DNA of 64,000 nucleotides, from the NCBI GenBank assembly GCA_018656065.1, contig JABHZY010000024.1:75980-139979 (forward strand), in the 5' to 3' direction. The position numbers were made by a program, and so were the translations under genes. Position 1 is the first letter of the stretch. Each line of letters begins with the position of its first letter. This document shows, in pieces, positions 57,609 to 64,000 of the stretch. The notes under the pieces were generated by a model that was not told the origin of the DNA, made no database searches, and saw only the letters and a program-made list of their open reading frames with translations. This DNA is from Candidatus Komeilibacteria bacterium (GTDB taxonomy: Bacteria; Patescibacteriota; Patescibacteriia; UBA1558; GWA2-36-10).

Positions 57609-57645
57609 TAAAAAAACACGCCTAAAGCGTGCTTTTTTGTTTATT

Positions 57646-58317
57646 TTATTGCGGCTTCCAACCACTTATCAAACTAGCATCCTCAAATCCATTTCTTATA
57701 GCCTTAATAAACTCTGTTTCCAATTCATGCTGATCTTTGGTACAAGTTGCTTGCGGCTGTTGATAAAACAAGAAAAAGCCATCAAATTGTTTTATGTCTG
57801 CTTCACGACCTTCAAAAAAATCTGCACTTGCCATTCCTGGACTACTAGGTGTATCCGATATCCAAGAAATCCGACCACCGGCGTCCTCTTCACAATACTT
57901 ACTTATCTCATTCAAAGATTTAGTAGAAAATCCAACAGTAAAATCTTCAACATCTTTGTAAATAACCTCATTAATTAATGAAGAATCAATTGGAATCTGA
58001 AAACCCAGTTCAGTAATTTTTAACATTTTAGTTATTTGGATAGAAGTGCCATAATCCATTTCAGGGTTTCTGCAAACACACATAGGATTTTCTAGCTGTC
58101 TGCCGGCAGAATCATAATCAGTCAAACAAACCTCATCATCATCTTCCCCTTTACATATATGTCCCATGTCAATACAGTCTTTATTAGTCTGACAATATTC
58201 TTTTTGCTCATTAGAATTTGACGATGGTTGATGAATAACTTTTGAATTATCAATATTGATACTACAACCAGCTCCCATTAATAAAAATATACTTAGTGTT
58301 AAAATTATTTTTTTCAT
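57646..58317 (-). CDS. Cys-containing lipoprotein
   Basis: Lipobox GAGC; YCQTNKDC motif. Confidence 0.7.
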   Translation of the reverse strand: MKKIILTLSIFLLMGAGCSINIDNSKVIHQPSSNSNEQKEYCQTNKDCIDMGHICKGEDDDEVCLTDYDSAGRQLENPMCVCRNPEMDYGTSIQITKMLKITELGFQIPIDSSLINEVIYKDVEDFTVGFSTKSLNEISKYCEEDAGGRISWISDTPSSPGMASADFFEGREADIKQFDGFFLFYQQPQATCTKDQHELETEFIKAIRNGFEDASLISGWKPQ

Positions 58318-58321
58318 AATT

Positions 58322-59926
58322 CTATTTCACGGCTACTTTGATAAAATCTCGAAATAATGGGTGTGGTCTTAATGGACGAGATTTAAATTCTGGATGAAAT
58401 TGGCTAGCTACAAAATATGGATGATCTTTAAGCTCTATAATTTCTACTAACTTTTTATCTGGTGATAAACCAGCAAATCTCATGCCCGCCTGTTCAAGCT
58501 GTTCTTTATAAGCCATATTAAACTCATACCTATGTCTGTGACGCTCGGAAATCTTTGGTATGCCATAAGCTTTATAAGATAATGATTTCTTATCTAACAC
58601 ACAAGGATAAGCTCCTAAACGAAGCGTGCCTCCTTTATCTTCATCTTTGTGATGACCTGGTAAAATATGAATTACTGGATTTGGAGTTTTAGCATTAAAC
58701 TCAGTAGAATCTACCTCTTCAGTACCTAAAACATGTCTAGCAAATTCAATAGTAGCCACTTGCATACCTAGACAAAGACCTAAATATGGTTTTTTATGCT
58801 CTCTGGCATATTTAGCAGCCATTATTTTACCTTCAACTCCTCTAGCTCCAAAACCACCTGGTACCACTATACCAGCTGCTTTTTTTAATTTAGCTAATTC
58901 TTTTTTATCTTTTTTCTCTAATTTACCAGCATTAATCCAAAGTAAATCCAGTTTAGCATTATTATGATAACAAGCTGATTTCAAAGATTCTACCACAGAA
59001 ATATAAGCATCAATATTTTCATTATACTTACCTACTAGAGCAATAGATAATTTCTTTCTAGTCTTCTTAATCTTAGAAACTAAAGCTTTCCATTCACTTA
59101 AATCTGGTTTTTTCTTAGGTAATTTTAATTTTTCAAAAATAATTTCTGAAATATTAGCTTTTTCAAAAAGAATTGGTACTTCATAAATAGTCTTAACAGT
59201 CAAAGCTGGAATCACAGCTCTAGGATCTACATCAGCAAACATAGCAATCTTTTTTAACTCATCTTTACCCACTTTAAGATCAGACCTAGTCAAAATTATA
59301 TCTGGCTGAATACCACGACGATGTAATTCTCTTACTGACATCTGTGTTGGCTTTGTTTTAAGCTCCCTAGAAGCTATTAGATAAGGTAATAAAGTTAAAT
59401 GTACAAACATTACATTCTCATCTCCCATTTCATTATGAAACTGACGCAGAGCTTCTAAAAATGGTTCACCTTCAATATCGCCAACCGTACCTCCAATTTC
59501 CACTAATAAAAAATCGGCCTTTGATTCTTTAGCTGCATTACGAAGATAATCTTTTATTTCATTAGTAATATGAGGCACAATTTGAATAGTCTTACCTAAA
59601 TATGCACCAGCCCGCTCTCCTTTAAGCACTGTTTCATATACTCTGCCAGTAGTTAGGTTTGATAACTTGGATAAACTAGTATCAATAAATCTCTCATAAT
59701 GTCCTAAATCAAGATCAGTTTCACTACCATCGTCAGTTACAAACACTTCACCATGTTGATAAGGACTCATTGTACCAGGATCTATATTTAAATATGGATC
59801 TAACTTGCTAGTATAAACAGAATAACCGGCTGATTTGAGTATTGCTCCGATAGATGCAGAGGCGATTCCTTTGCCTAATCCCGAACATACTCCGCCGGTT
59901 ATAAAGATGTATTTAGTCTTAACCAT
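58322..59926 (-). CDS. pyrG: CTP synthase
   Basis: GGVCSGLGKG, DPGTMSPYQHGEV, GLCLGMQ and QFHPEF motifs. Confidence 0.97.
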   Translation of the reverse strand: MVKTKYIFITGGVCSGLGKGIASASIGAILKSAGYSVYTSKLDPYLNIDPGTMSPYQHGEVFVTDDGSETDLDLGHYERFIDTSLSKLSNLTTGRVYETVLKGERAGAYLGKTIQIVPHITNEIKDYLRNAAKESKADFLLVEIGGTVGDIEGEPFLEALRQFHNEMGDENVMFVHLTLLPYLIASRELKTKPTQMSVRELHRRGIQPDIILTRSDLKVGKDELKKIAMFADVDPRAVIPALTVKTIYEVPILFEKANISEIIFEKLKLPKKKPDLSEWKALVSKIKKTRKKLSIALVGKYNENIDAYISVVESLKSACYHNNAKLDLLWINAGKLEKKDKKELAKLKKAAGIVVPGGFGARGVEGKIMAAKYAREHKKPYLGLCLGMQVATIEFARHVLGTEEVDSTEFNAKTPNPVIHILPGHHKDEDKGGTLRLGAYPCVLDKKSLSYKAYGIPKISERHRHRYEFNMAYKEQLEQAGMRFAGLSPDKKLVEIIELKDHPYFVASQFHPEFKSRPLRPHPLFRDFIKVAVK

Positions 59927-59931
59927 GATAT

Positions 59932-60378
59932 TTATTCTGATTTAATATTGATAAAAAAGCTGATTAATTGATTACTTGGTAGTCGTAAAAATACATTATG
60001 CTTGCCCAATTCTTTAAGTAAGCTCGGTTTGACAAACCAATTATCATGAATTTCTAAATTAAATTTATTTTTAACCTCTGCTATTATATCATTAGTTGAG
60101 ATTCCTTTAAAGAGGGTGTTTTTATCAGATACTTTGCCAGTAAAAGATATACTTTGTTTATTTAATGTTTTGGCTATTTTTTGATAATTTTCTTCTTGAG
60201 CTGAAACTTTGGCGTCAGCTTTGTTCTGCTGCGCTTGGAAACTAGCTATATTGGCTGGACTTGCTAAAACAGCTTTGTCTTGAGCTAATAAAAAATTATT
60301 AGCATAGCCATCGGAAACCTCCTTAATATCTCCTTTGAGACCTAGTGATTTTATATCTTCAGTAAGTATTACTTTCAT
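59932..60378 (-). CDS. rplI: 50S ribosomal protein L9
   Basis: MKVIL...LG.KGDIKEVSDGYANNFL. Confidence 0.92.
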   Translation of the reverse strand: MKVILTEDIKSLGLKGDIKEVSDGYANNFLLAQDKAVLASPANIASFQAQQNKADAKVSAQEENYQKIAKTLNKQSISFTGKVSDKNTLFKGISTNDIIAEVKNKFNLEIHDNWFVKPSLLKELGKHNVFLRLPSNQLISFFINIKSE

Positions 60379-60379
60379 A

Positions 60380-61648
60380 TTATTCAAATATTAATTCTTT
60401 AGCACGCTCAAGTTGTGGATCTATATCAGCTTCATAATCTTCTATTGTCAAATCAATTTCAAAATCAGGTAGAATACCCTCACCTTCTATAGTCCGTCCA
60501 TTTGGAGTAAGCCAACGAGCTACAGTTAATTTAATTGAAGAGTCATCTTTAAGTTCCATTAATTGCTGAACTGAACCTTTACCAAAAGTAGTCATTCCAA
60601 CCACCTCGGCCATTTCATAATCTTGCAATGCTCCTGCTAAAATCTCAGAGGCTGAAGCAGATCCCTCATTAACTAAAACTATTGTTTTTAAATGTGATAA
60701 ACTATTTTTCTTAGTAGTTTTATAATCTCTATCATCTCTTTTATCAGAAAAAGTTTCTCTGACTACTGTAGAATTTTGTTCTAGCCAATAACTAGCAATA
60801 TCAACTGAGGTAGACAAATAACCACCTGGATTATTTCTAACATCGATAATTATACCCTCTGGATTATCTTTTAATACATCTTGGACTACTTTAGCAAAAC
60901 GCTCATCTGTATCATCATTAAAATGTGTAATCTCTACAATAGCAATGTTATCTTCTAATCTGTAAATAACACTAGGAATATCTATTTTATCTCTAATAAT
61001 ACTAACATCTCTTGGTACTTCTGCTCCTTTTGAAAATATAGTTAATATTACTTCTACACCTTTATCTCCCCTAATATGAGTGACTGCCTCGTTAGAGCTC
61101 ATAGCAGTGATATCTAGCCCATCTACAGCCAAAATCCTGTCACCAGACTTTAATCCTGCTAGATCAGCTGGCGTACCAGCTAAAGGAGCAATAACTACAA
61201 TAAATCCTTCGCGACGTCCAATCTCTGCGCCAATACCAAAGAAACTACCTTCTAGTTCTTGAGAAAACTCTTCAGTTAATTCTGGATCAAAAAATAAAGT
61301 GTGAGGATCCCCTAAAGCATCTACCATGCCAGAAATAGCTCCATAAAATAAATCCTGATCATCTATCTCAGATTTTTCTAAATATTCATCATGAAGCAAA
61401 TTCCAAACCTCTTCAAATAAATCAATATCTATTTCATCTTGTTCAAAAAAAATATTCTTTAATTCTTCAGAAGTCTGCTGTATCACTTGTTCAGATGTCT
61501 GAGGTTCTTTATATTGAGTGCCGGCTGCCATACCAGCTACAAAAAAAGCTAGTAACAAAAAAATATAGGCATAAATTTTAGATGTTTTATACCATTTAGC
61601 TTCTTTCTTATTATCTACAAATTGATTATTGTCACTAAATTGATCCAT
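60380..61648 (-). CDS. ctpA: Carboxy-terminal processing protease (S41)
   Basis: GIGAE PDZ, DVRNNPGG, SASASE and TFGKGSVQ motifs. Confidence 0.92.
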   Translation of the reverse strand: MDQFSDNNQFVDNKKEAKWYKTSKIYAYIFLLLAFFVAGMAAGTQYKEPQTSEQVIQQTSEELKNIFFEQDEIDIDLFEEVWNLLHDEYLEKSEIDDQDLFYGAISGMVDALGDPHTLFFDPELTEEFSQELEGSFFGIGAEIGRREGFIVVIAPLAGTPADLAGLKSGDRILAVDGLDITAMSSNEAVTHIRGDKGVEVILTIFSKGAEVPRDVSIIRDKIDIPSVIYRLEDNIAIVEITHFNDDTDERFAKVVQDVLKDNPEGIIIDVRNNPGGYLSTSVDIASYWLEQNSTVVRETFSDKRDDRDYKTTKKNSLSHLKTIVLVNEGSASASEILAGALQDYEMAEVVGMTTFGKGSVQQLMELKDDSSIKLTVARWLTPNGRTIEGEGILPDFEIDLTIEDYEADIDPQLERAKELIFE

Positions 61649-61685
61649 AATTTTTATTTATACTCTAGGCTGAGCCTATCGAAGC

Positions 61686-62990
61686 CTAATCTTCTACTCT
61701 TTTAATTTTAGCTCCCATATTAGACAAACGAAGGTCTAATTCCTGATAGCCTCTATCAACTTGGTAAATATTAGTTACTTTTGATTCTCCTGAAGCAGCT
61801 AAAGCAGCAATAATTAAGGTAGCTCCAGCCCTAAGATCAAAACTAGTAATTTCTTTGCCGAAAAGAGGTGCTGGACCTATAACTACTACTCTATGAGGGT
61901 CAGATACTACTAAATTAGCTCCCATTTTTTGTAATTCAGCTACATATTTTAAACGACCATCATACATCCAATCATGAATTAATGACGTGCCCTTAGCTTG
62001 AGTCATCATAACTGTAAATGGCTGAATTAAATCTGCTGCAAAACCTGGGTGAGGCATATCATGTAATTTCTTAATAGCTTTAAGATCTACTTTGCCATTT
62101 ACTTTTATATTAGCTAATTTATAATTTGGATTGGCTTTGAGGTCTAAATATTCAATATCCAATTTTAAACCAACTTCTTTATATTTTTCAATCTCCAAAG
62201 CCATGAATTGTGGAGCTGTATTTTCAATTACAAATTCTGACTTAGTGGCACCAGCTAATGATATAAATGTCCCAGTCTCTATTGGATCAGGCATTATATA
62301 ATATTCACCACCTCTTAAATTATTAACTCCCTTAATATTTAAAGAATGAGTACCAATACCTTCTATTTCAGCTCCCAATGATTCCAAAAACCAACAAAGA
62401 TCTTGTACTGAAGGTTCGGCAGCTACAATATTTATTCTAACATTTCCTTGATTGAGTACTGAAGCCAAAATCATATTTTCTGTACCTGTTACAGAAAATT
62501 CACTTAAAGTGATTTCTTCTTCAGCTGGACGTTTTTTCTCTAAGGTATAAGATTTATCATCATCCTCATTTCTACTAACATCAACACCTAATTTTTTAAA
62601 CCCAATAAAATGAGAATCTAAAGAACGTGAGCCGATCTGACAGCCACCTGGTTCTTTAGTATTTAATTTACCAAAGCGACCAACCAGAGCTCCCATCAAA
62701 AGAATGGAAGATCTCATAGCCGAAACCAACTTCATATCCATTTTATTAGGATCTGCATCAGCATTATCAATCTTAAGACTATTTCTATCTATCCAAGTGA
62801 CTTTGGACCCCATAGAAACCAGAATTTGGATCATCTTTTTAACGTCCTCTATCAAGGGTACATTATGTAAGACAATCTCTTCTTTACTTAGTAAAGTTGC
62901 GGCAATTATTGGAGTAGCTGCATTTTTAAACCCAGCTACTTTGATGGACCCATGCAAGCTGTTTCCACCTTGAATTATAAAACTAGACAT
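61686..62990 (-). CDS. murA: UDP-N-acetylglucosamine 1-carboxyvinyltransferase
   Basis: KNA, PGGCQIGSR, DLRAGA and DRGY motifs. Confidence 0.94.
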   Translation of the reverse strand: MSSFIIQGGNSLHGSIKVAGFKNAATPIIAATLLSKEEIVLHNVPLIEDVKKMIQILVSMGSKVTWIDRNSLKIDNADADPNKMDMKLVSAMRSSILLMGALVGRFGKLNTKEPGGCQIGSRSLDSHFIGFKKLGVDVSRNEDDDKSYTLEKKRPAEEEITLSEFSVTGTENMILASVLNQGNVRINIVAAEPSVQDLCWFLESLGAEIEGIGTHSLNIKGVNNLRGGEYYIMPDPIETGTFISLAGATKSEFVIENTAPQFMALEIEKYKEVGLKLDIEYLDLKANPNYKLANIKVNGKVDLKAIKKLHDMPHPGFAADLIQPFTVMMTQAKGTSLIHDWMYDGRLKYVAELQKMGANLVVSDPHRVVVIGPAPLFGKEITSFDLRAGATLIIAALAASGESKVTNIYQVDRGYQELDLRLSNMGAKIKRVED

Positions 62991-63049
62991 AGTATAGTAA
63001 TATTGAATTATTTATATAAATAATACCCTAAATTTGAATTTATAACAAG

Positions 63050-64000
63050 ATGGAAAAAACTCTTAGAAAAATCACTGTCTCAATATTTTTTATATTATTT
63101 TTTATTTTAGCTCCACTATTAACCGCCTATTCTTTGGGCTATAGATATGACTTTTCAAATGGAAGCATTCAAAAAAATGGAGCTTTTTATGTTAAATCCT
63201 ATCCACGTGATGCAGAGATTTTTGTTGATAATAAAAAGAATAGAAGTAAAACCCCTACCCAGGTAATAAACGTCCTACCAGGTGAACATGAATTAGTAAT
63301 AGAGAAAAATAATTACATTTCTTGGACAAAAAATTTAGATGTTTATTCTGGAGAAACTACTTTTGCTGAAGACATTGTATTATTTTTAGAAAATAGACCA
63401 AAAACTATTTTGGGAACTGGTAGTGATAATTTATTAATTAATAAAAATAAAGACAAATACGCTTTTCTAGATAATGATTACCAACTTCTAATCACTGATA
63501 TTGAACAAGCTAAGGTTTTTGAAATTAATACTTTAGATAAAAGTTATGAATTAGTAGATTGGTCCTCAGATAATCAAAAAATATTATTACGTAACGATAC
63601 AAAATATTTTAGTTTTGATATAGATCAAAAAGAATTAAATGCTATCCCTATAATAGGAATAGATAAAATGATTTGGGAAAATAATTCTAATACACTTATT
63701 TATCTCAAAGAAAATAAATTATATAGGCATCACCATAAAAATGCTTGGGATTCTTCTGGCCAAGCTGACGAACTATTAGATATCCAACATTATATAAATG
63801 ATTTTGCTATCAAAGATAAATGGTTAATTATTCAATATACTTTTGATAAAAACAATTTTGTTCAACAACTTAATAAAAACAACTTGGAAATTATACAAGT
63901 TATAAATAACGTTAACCTGGGAAATTTAGATGTCTTGCTAGCTGAAGATAATAATATTATTTTTACTCTAGGTTCAAAATTATATATTAAAAATATTTTT
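63050..64000 (+). CDS. PEGA-domain membrane-anchored protein (runs off window)
   Basis: Hand translation MEKTLRKI..TM..YSLGYRYD..KSYPRDAEIFVD..TP..LPGEHEL.IEK..Y..W. Confidence 0.75.
   Translation, partial: MEKTLRKITVSIFFILFFILAPLLTAYSLGYRYDFSNGSIQKNGAFYVKSYPRDAEIFVDNKKNRSKTPTQVINVLPGEHELVIEKNNYISWTKNLDVYSGETTFAEDIVLFLENRPKTILGTGSDNLLINKNKDKYAFLDNDYQLLITDIEQAKVFEINTLDKSYELVDWSSDNQKILLRNDTKYFSFDIDQKELNAIPIIGIDKMIWENNSNTLIYLKENKLYRHHHKNAWDSSGQADELLDIQHYINDFAIKDKWLIIQYTFDKNNFVQQLNKNNLEIIQVINNVNLGNLDVLLAEDNNIIFTLGSKLYIKNIF

Noticed and set aside
1-64000. Alternative genetic code (TGA recoding)
   Set aside because: Core genes are full length under the standard bacterial code and some end in TGA (e.g. 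mreC, rnhA)

Overview
AT-rich bacterial chromosome segment. The gene set (two mreB paralogs around mreC-mreD-mrdA-greA, short ProRS, DUF4012 and PEGA proteins, ackA+pduL, housekeeping genes mostly without Shine-Dalgarno sites) suggests Patescibacteria/CPR (inference). 1-32.3 kb: glycosylation cluster, RNase P RNA, cell-shape, translation, repair and fermentation genes, and a Fur/Zur-ZIP pair. 32.3-35.4 kb: a GC-rich accessory block, the most unusual part of the window. One sigma70 promoter drives two complete c-di-GMP-II-type riboswitches in tandem, each with its own terminator; the second has an inserted hairpin. They are followed by a pseudo-receiver gene, two unannotated Trp-rich micropeptide/structured-RNA cassettes with covarying long-range pairing, a lipoprotein with a glycine-zipper tail, and a small membrane protein. 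35.5-57.6 kb: a ~21.7 kb element integrated at tRNA-Gln(TTG), plus an older remnant. It carries a serine recombinase, TerS/TerL and a ParB-methyltransferase but no recognisable portal, capsid or tail genes. Its cargo includes a membrane-anchored GrpE-Hsp70-J-like-AAA+ module, macrodomain, NERD, SppA and DUF3800 genes. 57.6-64 kb: pyrG, rplI, ctpA, murA and a PEGA protein. All assignments come from motif recognition by eye; no searches were run.
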